From an uncultured Bacillota bacterium (GTDB taxonomy: Bacteria; Sysuimicrobiota; Sysuimicrobiia; Sysuimicrobiales; Segetimicrobiaceae): a DNA stretch of 64,000 nt. Under the pieces are notes generated by a model that was not told where the DNA came from, did not search any database, and saw nothing but the letters and a program-made list of their open reading frames with translations. The translations under genes and the position numbers were made by a program. The stretch lies in contig CAWDRG010000017.1 of the NCBI GenBank assembly GCA_963804645.1, positions 128,001 through 192,000 on the forward strand. The letters run 5' to 3'. This document shows, piece after piece, positions 41,911-51,766 of the stretch; within the stretch, counting starts at the first letter, position 1, and the number at the start of each line of letters is the position of its first letter.

Positions 41911-42723
41911 TCACTCGCGCACCCGAATGCACCCCGCCAGACGTCCGGTCACTCGGTCGCGCCGGTACGAAAAGAAGCGTTCCCGGTCGCACGCGGTACA
42001 GCCTCCTACCAGCTCGATCGCGTCGGGCCCAACCCCCGCCTGGAGCAGCTGCGCCCTGACCGCCGCCCGCAGATCGAGCCGCCAGTGGCCGGGCCGCGTC
42101 GCCGCCGCGACCTCGCGCCACCACGGCTGGCGGTCCATCGCGCGGGCGACGGGCTCGTCCACCTCGTAGCAGCACACGCCGATCGCCGGCCCGAGCGCCG
42201 CTCGGAGGCGGCCCGGGCGGGTCGCGAACCGCGCCCGCATGACCTCGAGCAGCCCCCCGACGATCCCGGCGGCCGTGCCCCGCCACCCGGCGTGGAGCGC
42301 GCCGACGGCGGGCCGCTCGGGATCGACGACCAGCAGCGGAACGCAGTCCGCGGCGTAGACCGCCAGCCACACGTCCGGCGCGTCGGTGACGAGCGCGTCC
42401 GCGCCGGGCACGACGGTCCCGGCCGCGTCGCCGCGGACGACGGCGACCGCGCGGCCGTGGACCTGCGCGGCCTCCACCAGCCGCTCCGGCCTGGCCGCCC
42501 AGGCGCGCGCGACGCGGCGCCGGTTTTCCCGCACCGCGTCGCGCGCGTCCCCCACGCCGTAGGAGAGGTTCAGGGCGGCAAACGCGCCGCTGCTCACCCC
42601 GCCCGCCCGCGTGGTGAAGACCGCGTGGGCGCGCCCCGTCGCCTCGACGCAGGACGCGGCGAGGAGCGGCAGTGCCGACGGCGAAGCGAGCGCCGGCGAC
42701 GGCGCATGGTCACCGGCGGTCAT
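41911..42723 (-). CDS. pgeF: PgeF/YfiH/YlmD family protein
   Basis: FTTRAGGVS, QVHG, ADCVP, HAGWRG, FFSYRR. Confidence 0.94.
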   Translation of the reverse strand: MTAGDHAPSPALASPSALPLLAASCVEATGRAHAVFTTRAGGVSSGAFAALNLSYGVGDARDAVRENRRRVARAWAARPERLVEAAQVHGRAVAVVRGDAAGTVVPGADALVTDAPDVWLAVYAADCVPLLVVDPERPAVGALHAGWRGTAAGIVGGLLEVMRARFATRPGRLRAALGPAIGVCCYEVDEPVARAMDRQPWWREVAAATRPGHWRLDLRAAVRAQLLQAGVGPDAIELVGGCTACDRERFFSYRRDRVTGRLAGCIRVRE

Positions 42724-43907
42724 ACGAGTCGTTCGCGCGCGACCGCGCTCGCGTAGTCGAGCGTGACGACGACGATCGCAATCATCCACAGGGCGGTCGC
42801 GGCCTGGCGCCACTGCAGCAGGTTGATGTACTGCAGGAGGATGAACCCGATGCCGCCGCCGCCCACGAACCCGAGGATCGTACTCATGCGGACGTTGATA
42901 TCCGACCGGTAGATGGTGAACGCAAGAAACTGCGGCACGATCTGCGGCACGACGCCGTAGCGCAAGACCTGCAGGGTGCTGGCGCCGGTGGCGGAGATCG
43001 CCTCGATCGGTCCTCCTTCGATGCTCTCGATCGCCTCGGAGTACAGTTTGCCGAGCGAGGCGATGCTGTTCACGCCCAGCGCGAGCACCCCGGCGAACGG
43101 CCCGAGCCCGACCCAGACCCCGAAGATGATCGCCAGCGCGAGCGGCTCGATGGACCGCGCCAGGTTGAAAAACGTGCGGGTCAGCCCGTAGACGAGCCGG
43201 CCGCCGGGAATGTGCCCCGTGAGGTTCTTGGCGCCGAGAAACGCCATCGGCACCGCGAATACCACGCCCATCGTGGTGCCCATAAGCGCGAGGAACACGG
43301 TCTCCACCATCCGGTCGAGGACCACGAGGAACGTCGGGCTCGGCCGGAGCGGCCCGACGCCCGAGACGATGTCGCCGTAGACGGTGTTCCGGGTGCCCAT
43401 GACGTCCGGGGTGACGAACGTCGTCGTGAATCGGCCCTGGCCGTCCGTGGTCACCGGGACCAGTTCCTGGCGCGACCCGATCTGGTTCTCCCATTCGAGC
43501 ATCCCGCTTCGGTGCGGGGCGAACCCGTCGCCGGTCGCGGTGACTCGCTCACCGGCACGTCCCGACGACTGCGACAACCGCAAAGTCGGGCCGGTCGCGG
43601 CGGCCGACGGTGCGGGTGTCTCGCCCCCGTAGTCGAACGGCGCCCCCGCCTGCTGGACCGGGTTGTCGCGGACCACGACGTCCGGGGAGCCCAGTGCTGC
43701 GACGAACGGGACAATGTTGTGAACGCCGCGCCAGAGCTCGGGCAGCTTGATCTGCGTCTCCTGCCAGCCGTAGACGTACGCGGCCAGCGCCGCGAGCGCC
43801 ATTATATAGAAGCGCCAGGAGCGGTACCACGGCCGGTAGCGGCGCGCCGCCTTGGCGCGCTCACGCGCCGACACCTGGCCGCTCGCCCCGCTGCCGACTG
43901 GAGCCAT
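42720..43907 (-). CDS. phnE: PhnE/PtxC-type ABC permease with extra extracytoplasmic domain
   Basis: GLGPFAGVLA, GKLYSEAIE, DINVRMSTILGFVGGGGIG. Confidence 0.9.
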   Translation of the reverse strand: MAPVGSGASGQVSARERAKAARRYRPWYRSWRFYIMALAALAAYVYGWQETQIKLPELWRGVHNIVPFVAALGSPDVVVRDNPVQQAGAPFDYGGETPAPSAAATGPTLRLSQSSGRAGERVTATGDGFAPHRSGMLEWENQIGSRQELVPVTTDGQGRFTTTFVTPDVMGTRNTVYGDIVSGVGPLRPSPTFLVVLDRMVETVFLALMGTTMGVVFAVPMAFLGAKNLTGHIPGGRLVYGLTRTFFNLARSIEPLALAIIFGVWVGLGPFAGVLALGVNSIASLGKLYSEAIESIEGGPIEAISATGASTLQVLRYGVVPQIVPQFLAFTIYRSDINVRMSTILGFVGGGGIGFILLQYINLLQWRQAATALWMIAIVVVTLDYASAVARERLV

Positions 43908-44677
43908 CAGGTGATCTCCACCTCGAGGGCGTCCTCGCCGTAGATCGCCTTGAACCGGGTCTCATCGATGTCGGCGGGAAGGCCGTCGAACACGATCTGC
44001 CCCGCCTTGAGTGCAAGGATCCGTGTCCCGTAGCGGCGGGCGAGGCTGAGAAAATGCAGGCTGCACACGACCGTGATGCCGTCCTTGCGGTTCAGCTCCT
44101 CGATGTACTGCAGCACCGAATGGGACATCGCGGGATCGAGGCTCGCGACGGGCTCGTCGGCCAGGATCAGTTGGGGCTCCTGCATCAGCGCACGGGCGAT
44201 GCCCACCCGCTGCTGCTGGCCGCCCGACAGCGAGTCCGCGCGCGTATAGGCCTTCTCGAGGATGCCCACGCGCTCGAGGTTCGCGAACGCACGATCGACG
44301 ACCGCGGAGGCGAAATAGTTCGCGAGCGCCCACGACGGCGGCGTGTACCCGAGCCGTCCCGTGAGCACGTTGGTCAGCACAGAGGCGCGCCGGACGAGGT
44401 TGAACTGCTGGAACACCATCCCGATCTGCCGGCGAATCTCGCGCAACTGATCGGAGGACGCGGCGGTCACGTCGCGGCCCTCGAAGAGAATGCGGCCCCC
44501 GCTCGGTTCGATCAGACGGTTGATGCAGCGCATGAGCGTGGATTTGCCCGAGCCGGACAGCCCGATCACGACCAGAAACTCCCCGCGCGCCACCTCGAAC
44601 GAGACGTCGGACAGGGCCCGCGTCCCGTCCGGATACACCTTGGTCAGGTGCTCGACCGTCAGGACGAGCTCAGCCAC
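43907..44677 (-). CDS. phnC: PhnC-type ABC ATPase
   Basis: GLSGSGKST, LSGGQQQRV, ADEPVASLDP. Confidence 0.94.
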   Translation of the reverse strand: MAELVLTVEHLTKVYPDGTRALSDVSFEVARGEFLVVIGLSGSGKSTLMRCINRLIEPSGGRILFEGRDVTAASSDQLREIRRQIGMVFQQFNLVRRASVLTNVLTGRLGYTPPSWALANYFASAVVDRAFANLERVGILEKAYTRADSLSGGQQQRVGIARALMQEPQLILADEPVASLDPAMSHSVLQYIEELNRKDGITVVCSLHFLSLARRYGTRILALKAGQIVFDGLPADIDETRFKAIYGEDALEVEIT

Positions 44678-44782
44678 GGGGCCGTCCTGCGCCGAGGGCC
44701 GAGCCGCGGCGCCGGGACTGCGCAGGCGCGCGGCTCCGGCCGGCCGTCGAGCCCGGCGGAGCCGCGTGCGGGAAGACCGATC

Positions 44783-45727
44783 TCAGTGGGGCGGCGCGAT
44801 CAACTGCTCGAGGTTCACGCCGGCGTACGTCGCGACGTCCCGGACGGGATTGTAGAACGCGTCCAGATTCGAGACCTTGATCCCGTATTTCGTGACGAGC
44901 GTCTGGTAGTCGGCGAGGGTCTCGATCCCGTAGGCGTCCTTGAGCGCGTCGATCCCGGCCGGCGTCTGCGAGAACCGCAGCAGCGCCACCGCGATCCGGT
45001 CCTTTACGTCCTGCGGCAGCGACTTCCGGAAGCTCACGGTGTCGTTCGGGATCGGATCGGACTTCCACACGACCTTCAGCTTCTGCATCACGTCGGGCAG
45101 CTGCTTCTGCATGTCCGCGCGCGCGTCCTCATACACCGCCCCGGCGTCGGCGCGGCCCTGGTACACCGCGACCACCACGTTCGGGTGCGAGCCGGCGAAC
45201 ACGGTCTGCCCGAAGAACTTCGCCGGATCGTACCCGGCCTTCTTGAGCCCGGCGAGCGGGAACAGGTAGCCGGAGGTGCTTGCGGGGTCCACGAACGCGA
45301 AGCGCTTCCCCTGCAGATCGGCCAGGCCGTTGATGCCGGAGCTGCTGCCCGCGATGATCTCGGACCGGTAGTACGGGGTGCCGAAGCGGACGGCGACCAG
45401 GCGCACTTCCACGCCGTACTTCTGGTGCGCGATCACGTACGCGAACGTGCTGAGCCACGCCACATCCGCGCGTCCCGCGCCCATCGCCTCGATCACGCCG
45501 GCGTAGCTGGTCGCGACGAACGCCTGGAACTTGTAGCCCGTCATCGTGCCGAGCAGGTCGGCGATCCGGCTGCCCGACGCGAGGATCGCCGCGGATTGGC
45601 CGGACGGCACGAACGCCATGACGAACGTCGGCGTCTGCGCCGGGGCGGACTGGGGACCGGCCGCGATCGAGGCGGCGACCAGGGCGAGCAGAGCACTCAC
45701 GATCAGCAGGCGTCGGGCGGTCAACAC
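44783..45727 (-). CDS. phnD: Phosphate/phosphite/phosphonate-binding protein
   Basis: SYAGVIEAM, DPASTSGYLFP, GSH, IPND; AAGGAGG before GTG 45727. Confidence 0.92.
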   Translation of the reverse strand: MLTARRLLIVSALLALVAASIAAGPQSAPAQTPTFVMAFVPSGQSAAILASGSRIADLLGTMTGYKFQAFVATSYAGVIEAMGAGRADVAWLSTFAYVIAHQKYGVEVRLVAVRFGTPYYRSEIIAGSSSGINGLADLQGKRFAFVDPASTSGYLFPLAGLKKAGYDPAKFFGQTVFAGSHPNVVVAVYQGRADAGAVYEDARADMQKQLPDVMQKLKVVWKSDPIPNDTVSFRKSLPQDVKDRIAVALLRFSQTPAGIDALKDAYGIETLADYQTLVTKYGIKVSNLDAFYNPVRDVATYAGVNLEQLIAPPH

Positions 45728-45812
45728 GAGGGCGGCCTCCTTCATCTGTTTATCGCGCGCCGCGAAAGTTCTGCCGTCCGCGACCGTTCTCCTGCCGTCA
45801 GACCGCGCCGAA

Positions 45813-45840
45813 GATGAGTCGAAGATTAACGGAGGATGAA
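45813..45840 (-). promoter_or_regulatory. Pho-box-like triple 11-bp repeat upstream of phnD
   Basis: Minus strand TTCATC ctccg TTAATC ttcga CTCATC. Confidence 0.6.
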
Positions 45841-45842
45841 GG

Positions 45843-46982
45843 CTACGCGCGTCCGGTGCCCGACATCACGGCAGCCGTGCGGAGGACCGCGTCGGCGAGC
45901 AGGTGCAGCCCGGGAAGGACGGTTGCCGTGTCGAGCCATTCGTTCGGCGAATGCACCTGGCCGCCGCCGGAGATCCCCATCGCGACGGCGGGAATCCCGA
46001 GCGACAGCGGGATGTTGGCGTCCGTGCTGGACGCGGTCAGCGTGGCGTCGAGGCCGTGGGCGCGGTGCACCTCGCGCAGCGCGACCACGAGCGGGTGGGC
46101 CGGGTCGAGCCGGCCGGCGGGCCGATCACTGATGACCGTGGTCGTCGCGCGCGCGCCGGGTTCCGCCGCTTCGCGGACGAGCCGATCCAGCGCGGCGGCA
46201 AGGCCGTCCACGCGGGCGGTCTCCATCGAGCGAAAATCCACCTGCATCTCGGCCGACGCGGCGATGGCGTTCACGGAAGTGCCGCCGCGCACGACCCCGA
46301 TGTTCAGCGTGGTCTTGGGATCCGCCGGCAGCGACTGCTGCGCCAGCCCGTGGATCACCGACGCGAGGCGATGAATCGCGTTCGGAGCCCCGTAGTCGCC
46401 CCAGCTGTGCCCGCCGTCGGTCTCGAACCGCACCAAGAACCGCCGCACCGCGATGCCCTGATGCACGATCTGCCCCGCAGGCCCGTCGACGAGCAGCATC
46501 GCGTCCGGGCGGGATTCCTCCGGTCGCAGCCGGTGGCGCATCCCGCGCAGGTCGCCGAGCCCCTCCTCCCCGGTATCCGACACGAACTCGAGCGTACAGG
46601 GGACCGTGACGCCAGCCTCCCGCATCGCCCGTGCGAGGGTGATCACCGCGGCGACGCCGGCCGAGTTGTCGCGCACGCTCGATCCCGACAGACGCGACCC
46701 CTCGCGGCGCGGCGGCTGATGGGCCTCCTTCGGGTAGACCGTGTCCATGTGGGCCGCGACCACGACGAGCGGGCCGCCCCGGCCCCCCGGATAGGTCCCG
46801 CGCACGTTGCCGGCCGCATCCACGGTCACGCCCGCGAGTCCCACCTCGCGGAAGCGCTCCAGAATGTACGCTCCGCGCTCGGCCTCACCGAAGCTCGGCG
46901 CCGGGATCGCGGCGATCGCCTTAATGAGCGAGAGATGGCCTTCCGCGCTGCGGTCCAAGAGCGCGTGGACATCCGGCATCAC
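45843..46982 (-). CDS. M20/M25/M40 family metallohydrolase
   Basis: AHMDTV, RDNSAG, GEEGLG, GGHSW, STDAN, VHSPNEW. Confidence 0.9.
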   Translation of the reverse strand: MMPDVHALLDRSAEGHLSLIKAIAAIPAPSFGEAERGAYILERFREVGLAGVTVDAAGNVRGTYPGGRGGPLVVVAAHMDTVYPKEAHQPPRREGSRLSGSSVRDNSAGVAAVITLARAMREAGVTVPCTLEFVSDTGEEGLGDLRGMRHRLRPEESRPDAMLLVDGPAGQIVHQGIAVRRFLVRFETDGGHSWGDYGAPNAIHRLASVIHGLAQQSLPADPKTTLNIGVVRGGTSVNAIAASAEMQVDFRSMETARVDGLAAALDRLVREAAEPGARATTTVISDRPAGRLDPAHPLVVALREVHRAHGLDATLTASSTDANIPLSLGIPAVAMGISGGGQVHSPNEWLDTATVLPGLHLLADAVLRTAAVMSGTGRA

Positions 46983-47113
46983 TGTTCCCTCCGGTGGCGC
47001 GGGCTAGGCGTCGGGTTCGGTGCGGTCGCGCAATGTCCTCCGGCTCGGTGCCGGAGTGATGCGGCACGGGCCGGCGACGTCCCGAACGCGGATCGCTGCG
47101 GTCGTCGCTCCGA

Positions 47114-47731
47114 TCACCCGAGCGGCACGCCTGGCCGTCGGCGGAGCAGCACGTAGACGCTCAGCGCCAGGGCGGACGCGGCGAGCGCCGCCGCCCACAC
47201 CGTGCGCAGGTCGAGGCGGGCCCCCGGACCGACCCCGGCCCCCGGTACGAGCGGGGAGACCACGAAGACGATCGTGCCGACGATGAGCGCCGCTCGGATC
47301 TCTCGGAGCGTCACCGTGTTGGCGAACCGGCCGAGCTTCGCCTTCGCCGCGAGGAGCCCAACGACGAGGAACCCGCACCCGGCGGCCGCGGACGCCTGCC
47401 CGGCGCCGACCAGCATGCCGAGCAGCGCGGTCGAGAGCATCACCACCGAGGTCGTCAGCTCGAGCGATCGGTCGATCCAGAGGCTCCGGACATTCAGCGC
47501 CGCGACGACGGGGATCAGCAGCGCGAAGAGCACGTACGCATCGGCCGGATCCAGCTGCCACGCGAGGGTGCTGACGAACGCGAGGCCCCCGAACGTTCGG
47601 ACGCCAACCACCTTACCCGCCGCGCGCCGCTCCAGCCCGAGGGAGAGCCCGAACGCCAGCGACAGCGCAAGCTGTGCCGCGGCGGGCCACGACGCGTGCC
47701 ACGGACCCGGCACGGCGATCGGCAAGGTCAA
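47114..47731 (-). CDS. MgtC/SapB family membrane protein
   Basis: LGLERR...GVRTF, LTT; TTGA overlap with the upstream gene. Confidence 0.75.
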   Translation of the reverse strand: MTLPIAVPGPWHASWPAAAQLALSLAFGLSLGLERRAAGKVVGVRTFGGLAFVSTLAWQLDPADAYVLFALLIPVVAALNVRSLWIDRSLELTTSVVMLSTALLGMLVGAGQASAAAGCGFLVVGLLAAKAKLGRFANTVTLREIRAALIVGTIVFVVSPLVPGAGVGPGARLDLRTVWAAALAASALALSVYVLLRRRPGVPLG

Positions 47732-48768
47732 GCCGGCGACGCGCCGGTGGTCCCGAGGAAGACCCCGTGCGGCGAGTGCTGCGTCCGGAACGTCCCGACG
47801 ATGCGCAGCGTGTGCGCGTCCACCACGGTCCCGATGTCGGCGTAGCGGCCGGACACCCACAGGTGGCGCCCGTCCGCGCCGAGCATCGGCATGTCGGGGC
47901 CGCCCGCCACGTGGAACTTCTCGAGCACGCGGCCGGAGGCGACCTCGAACACGCTCACGGTGTTCTCCCCGCGGTTGGTGACGAAGATGTATCGACCGTT
48001 CTGGGTCATGATCATCTCGTGGGTGTCGGTCCCGCTGTGGACGCGCCGCACGAACCGCCAGGTGTCGGTCTCAAAGATGCTGATCGTGCCGGCGTGCCCG
48101 CTGGACACGAACATCTGCCGCCCGTCCTGCGAGATGTTGATCCCCGCCGGAAACGGATCGACGCGCAGCAGGTGGGCGATCGAGAGCGTGTCGGTGTCGA
48201 TCACGGAGACGGTGTCCGCGAGCTGGTTCGAGTTGACGAACCAGCGGCCGTTGGGGGAGAGCGCGTAGTGGCTCGGCGCGCTGCCCGTCTCGAGGCGCCG
48301 CACCCGCGTGAACGTCTTGGCGTCGTGGACCTCGACGAACGTGTACCGGTACGCCAGCTTGAACAGATGCCGGCCGTCCTTCGTGAAGGTCACGTTGTAC
48401 GGATCGAGGATCGGGATGTGCCGCACGGGCCGCAGCGTGGCCAAATCGAGTTCGATCATCTCGTTGCTCGTGGTGTCGCACGAATAGACGCTCCGGCCGC
48501 TCTGGCTGAGGTGGAACTTGTGCGGCTCCCGGCCGACCGGCATCGTCGAGAGCGGCTCGAACGTGCTCGCGTCGACGATCGTGAGCGTGTTGCTCATGCT
48601 GTTGGCGATCAGCGCGATCGGGCGCCCGGACGCGGCCCCGGCACGCGGCGGCGCGCTCCCGGCGGCGAGCCCGGCACCGACCATCGCGGCGCCCAGCAGG
48701 AAGCGGCGCCGCGTCAAGGGCGGCGTCGAGGTCGGTGACGATCTATGCTGCGACGCATGCGACGACAT
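47728..48768 (-). CDS. Tat-exported YncE/YVTN beta-propeller protein
   Basis: LTRRRFLL signal; repeated blades (IANS..NTLTIVD, FVTNRGENTVSV, PHG). Confidence 0.88.
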   Translation of the reverse strand: MSSHASQHRSSPTSTPPLTRRRFLLGAAMVGAGLAAGSAPPRAGAASGRPIALIANSMSNTLTIVDASTFEPLSTMPVGREPHKFHLSQSGRSVYSCDTTSNEMIELDLATLRPVRHIPILDPYNVTFTKDGRHLFKLAYRYTFVEVHDAKTFTRVRRLETGSAPSHYALSPNGRWFVNSNQLADTVSVIDTDTLSIAHLLRVDPFPAGINISQDGRQMFVSSGHAGTISIFETDTWRFVRRVHSGTDTHEMIMTQNGRYIFVTNRGENTVSVFEVASGRVLEKFHVAGGPDMPMLGADGRHLWVSGRYADIGTVVDAHTLRIVGTFRTQHSPHGVFLGTTGASPA

Positions 48769-49515
48769 CTAGGGTGTGCCTCCCCTGACAAACTCCGTGA
48801 TCGGGACGAACTCGATCCCGGCCGCCTGAAACGCGGGGAGCATCCGTGCGACCACCTCCGGCGTCCCCGTCGTGATATGCGCGGCGGCGACCGCCCATCC
48901 CTGCCGCTGCGCGGTCGCGATCAGCGCGCGGACCTTGCCGGGGATGTCCACCGGCGGGTCGTCGAGGTACGTCAAGACCAGCACGCTGCGCATCCCCAGC
49001 TGCTGGGCCATCATCGTCGCGACGGAGGCCGCGTTGGTGCGGTTCTCTTCGAACCACAGGTGGCGGGCCCGCACCACGTCGAGCACGTCGGTCATGACGC
49101 GGACGTCGGCGGTGCCGCGCGACCCTGCGTGGTTGCTCACGCCGACGACTCCGGGCACGCTGTCGAGGTCGCCGGCGACGACGCGGGTGATCTCGGCGTC
49201 GGTCATGCGCACCCACACGACGCCGGTCACCGGCCCGAGGTCCGCCGGATGAAACGGTTCGATCGGCAGGTGCAGGATGGGCGTCAGGCCGTGCGCCGCC
49301 GCGTCGCGCACGATCTGCGCCGAGTACCGCATGTGCGGAAAAATCCCGAGCCCGAACGGCTCCCGCATCGCGTAGATCGGCGCGAGCTGGTCGAGGCTCT
49401 CACCGGCGTGCTCGAATACGAGCGCCACGCGTGGACGGGTCCCCGGCGCGGCCGGGACGCCGACCACGAGCACGCAGAGCACGGTCAGACAGACGCGCAA
49501 CAGCCGGGACAGCAT
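48769..49515 (-). CDS. Divergent polysaccharide deacetylase (YibQ-like)
   Basis: ILHLPIEP, GVSNHAGS, YLDD, AH. The usual IDD motif appears as FEH. Confidence 0.8.
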   Translation of the reverse strand: MLSRLLRVCLTVLCVLVVGVPAAPGTRPRVALVFEHAGESLDQLAPIYAMREPFGLGIFPHMRYSAQIVRDAAAHGLTPILHLPIEPFHPADLGPVTGVVWVRMTDAEITRVVAGDLDSVPGVVGVSNHAGSRGTADVRVMTDVLDVVRARHLWFEENRTNAASVATMMAQQLGMRSVLVLTYLDDPPVDIPGKVRALIATAQRQGWAVAAAHITTGTPEVVARMLPAFQAAGIEFVPITEFVRGGTP

Positions 49516-49611
49516 CGCCGACCTTCACGGCTCCTTTCGCTCGGCGGGCACCGTGCCGCTCTCAGTATCGGCCACCACGTGCGACGTGTCCAGACCTGCC
49601 GGACGGCGGGC

Positions 49612-50481
49612 CTACCGGATCACGAGGGCGACGAGCCCGACGAACATCGCCGCCGCCGCGGCGACGCGCCGGCGGGCGTCCCCCTCCGCCAACAGCCGCG
49701 CGCCCATCAGGGTGCCGACCAGGATGCTGATCTCGCGCGCCGGCGCCACGTAGATCACCGGCGTGAACACGAGCGCGGTCAGCACCAGGATGTACGCGAG
49801 CGGGCTGAGCACGCCGGTCCCGATCAGCTCCCATCGCCGCGCGGCCCACAGCTCGCGAACGGTCGACCACCGCGCGGCGGCGACCGGCGTCAGCGCGATC
49901 GCGCGCCCGAGATCCCCACTCCACTCGTACAGGATCGGCGGGATCGCCAGCACAGTGACCGCGCGCTGATCCCACAGCGTGTAGGCGGCGATCACCACCC
50001 CGATGGCGCAGGCGTACGCGACCGCGTGCCGCAGATCAGGCCGCCGCACCGGCCCGTGCGTCCCGGCCAGGAGGAGCACGCCCGCCACGATCAGGAGGAT
50101 CCCGACGATCCCGATCGGCGTGGGCCGCTCCCCGAGGAACGCGATCGCAGCCGCCGCGGACAGCAGCGGTCCCGTCCCGCGCGCGATGGGGTACACCAGC
50201 GAGAGATCGCCGACCGCGTACGCCCCCTGCAGCATGAGGAAGTAGACGACGTGGAAGCCAACGGTGCCCGCGATGAACGCCCACTGAATCCATCCTAGGT
50301 GCGGCCGCTGCCAGAGGATCACCGCGGCCGCGAGCGGGGCGTAGAGGACCGCCGACACCCAGCCGGTCAGCCAGACGAACGCCGCGCCGCCCCCGGCCCG
50401 CTTCAGCAGCAGGTTCCAGGTGGCGTGCGCCGCCGCCGCCGCCAACACCAATCCGAGCGCCGCGGGAGTCACGGCGGTCAT
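49612..50481 (-). CDS. EamA/DMT family transporter
   Basis: HATWN, GDLSLVYPIARGTGP, APAREISI. The true start may be GTG 50472. Confidence 0.92.
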   Translation of the reverse strand: MTAVTPAALGLVLAAAAAHATWNLLLKRAGGGAAFVWLTGWVSAVLYAPLAAAVILWQRPHLGWIQWAFIAGTVGFHVVYFLMLQGAYAVGDLSLVYPIARGTGPLLSAAAAIAFLGERPTPIGIVGILLIVAGVLLLAGTHGPVRRPDLRHAVAYACAIGVVIAAYTLWDQRAVTVLAIPPILYEWSGDLGRAIALTPVAAARWSTVRELWAARRWELIGTGVLSPLAYILVLTALVFTPVIYVAPAREISILVGTLMGARLLAEGDARRRVAAAAAMFVGLVALVIR

Positions 50482-50534
50482 TGTAACAGACGACCGCCTT
50501 GACCGGTGTTCGGGGGCCTGTCACTATGTGGGTT

Positions 50535-50957
50535 GTGCGAATCCGCAAGGCGCTCTCGCTGGCGTTCCTCGGTGTTGCCGCCGCCGCGCTGCTGGCGTCC
50601 GGCGGCGAGCGAGACCCGGCTCACATGCACGTCGTCATCGGCGGCACGCCCGCGCAGCGCGCCCAGGCGCTCGCGGCGCACTTGGCCGGCGAACTCTCGG
50701 GTCAGGATGACGGACCCACATTCGGCGTGCCGCAGGCGCTCGCCGGCGGCGCCGGTCACGTCCGCGTGGTATCGGTCGGCGCCTCGGACGGCGGCGGACC
50801 CGCCGTCCTCAGCAGCGGAAACGGCGTCGATTTCACCGCGCCGGCCCTGGCGTGGCTCCCGGCGCCGGGTGTGACGAGTCCGTCGCGCGTCGGGTTGCCC
50901 GCCGTGCTCACGAACGCCTCCGTGCCCGCGTCGGATCCACCTCCCCGCCCCGTCTAG
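50535..50957 (+). CDS. Secreted His-containing hypothetical protein ending SDPPPRPV (candidate leader/arrest peptide)
   Basis: Signal-like N-terminus, ERDPAHMHVV, Pro-rich C-terminus; first gene of the copper operon. Confidence 0.65.
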   Translation: MRIRKALSLAFLGVAAAALLASGGERDPAHMHVVIGGTPAQRAQALAAHLAGELSGQDDGPTFGVPQALAGGAGHVRVVSVGASDGGGPAVLSSGNGVDFTAPALAWLPAPGVTSPSRVGLPAVLTNASVPASDPPPRPV

Positions 50958-51114
50958 TTCGCGACACACTCCCTGCCCCGTCCTCGGTCGGTGACCGCGG
51001 CGGCCGCCGTGCGCGGGACGCGCACCGGCAAGTCCGCCGTGCATCCACGCGCGCGAACGGGGCGGAGTACACACTGAAGCCACACCAGACCTGACAACCA
51101 CGTGGGGGTGTCCG

Positions 51115-51759
51115 ATGAACGCACGGAGATGGAAGCTGTTCGCGGCCGCCGCGCTCGCGGCCGTGGTCCTGTCCTCGGGGCCGCTCACCGGCGCGTACGC
51201 GCACGAACGCCGCACGGTCGGTCCGGTGACGATGCGGGTCGGATGGCTCAACGAACCGACCTACAGCGGTTTCATGAACGCGGTCCAGCTGTTCCTCACC
51301 GATAAAAACAAGAAGCCGATCAGCGGTGCCGCCGACACGCTCAAAGTCCAGGTCACGTTCGCCGATCAGAAAACCGCGATGCTCCCTCTCGACGAATCGG
51401 ACGAACGGCCCGGCGAGTATCTCGCCCCGCTGATCCCGAACCGTCCGGGCAACTACACGTTCCACTTCGTCGGCACGGTCGCCGGGACGGCGATCGATCA
51501 GTCGTTCACGTCGTCGGAGACCACCTTCGACCCGGTCGGCGACTCCACGCAGGTCCAATTCCCAGCGAAGGATCCGTCGATCTCCAACCTCTCGGGGCTC
51601 GTGGACCGGCTGAGCCCGCGTGTGGACGCGAGCGCCGCGGCGGCCAGCAGCGCGGCCGCGGCCGCGGAGCAGGCGCGCATGTTCGGCACCGCCGGCCTCG
51701 TCCTCGGCGCGGTGGGCACGCTCCTCGGGATCGGCGCGCTGATGAAGCGGACGCGCTAA
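51115..51759 (+). CDS. Secreted, C-terminally anchored protein with mature N-terminal His (probable metal-binding)
   Basis: Signal peptide AYA|HERR, PGNYTFHF, C-terminal TM plus KRTR. Confidence 0.75.
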   Translation: MNARRWKLFAAAALAAVVLSSGPLTGAYAHERRTVGPVTMRVGWLNEPTYSGFMNAVQLFLTDKNKKPISGAADTLKVQVTFADQKTAMLPLDESDERPGEYLAPLIPNRPGNYTFHFVGTVAGTAIDQSFTSSETTFDPVGDSTQVQFPAKDPSISNLSGLVDRLSPRVDASAAAASSAAAAAEQARMFGTAGLVLGAVGTLLGIGALMKRTR

Positions 51760-51766
51760 GCGTCCT

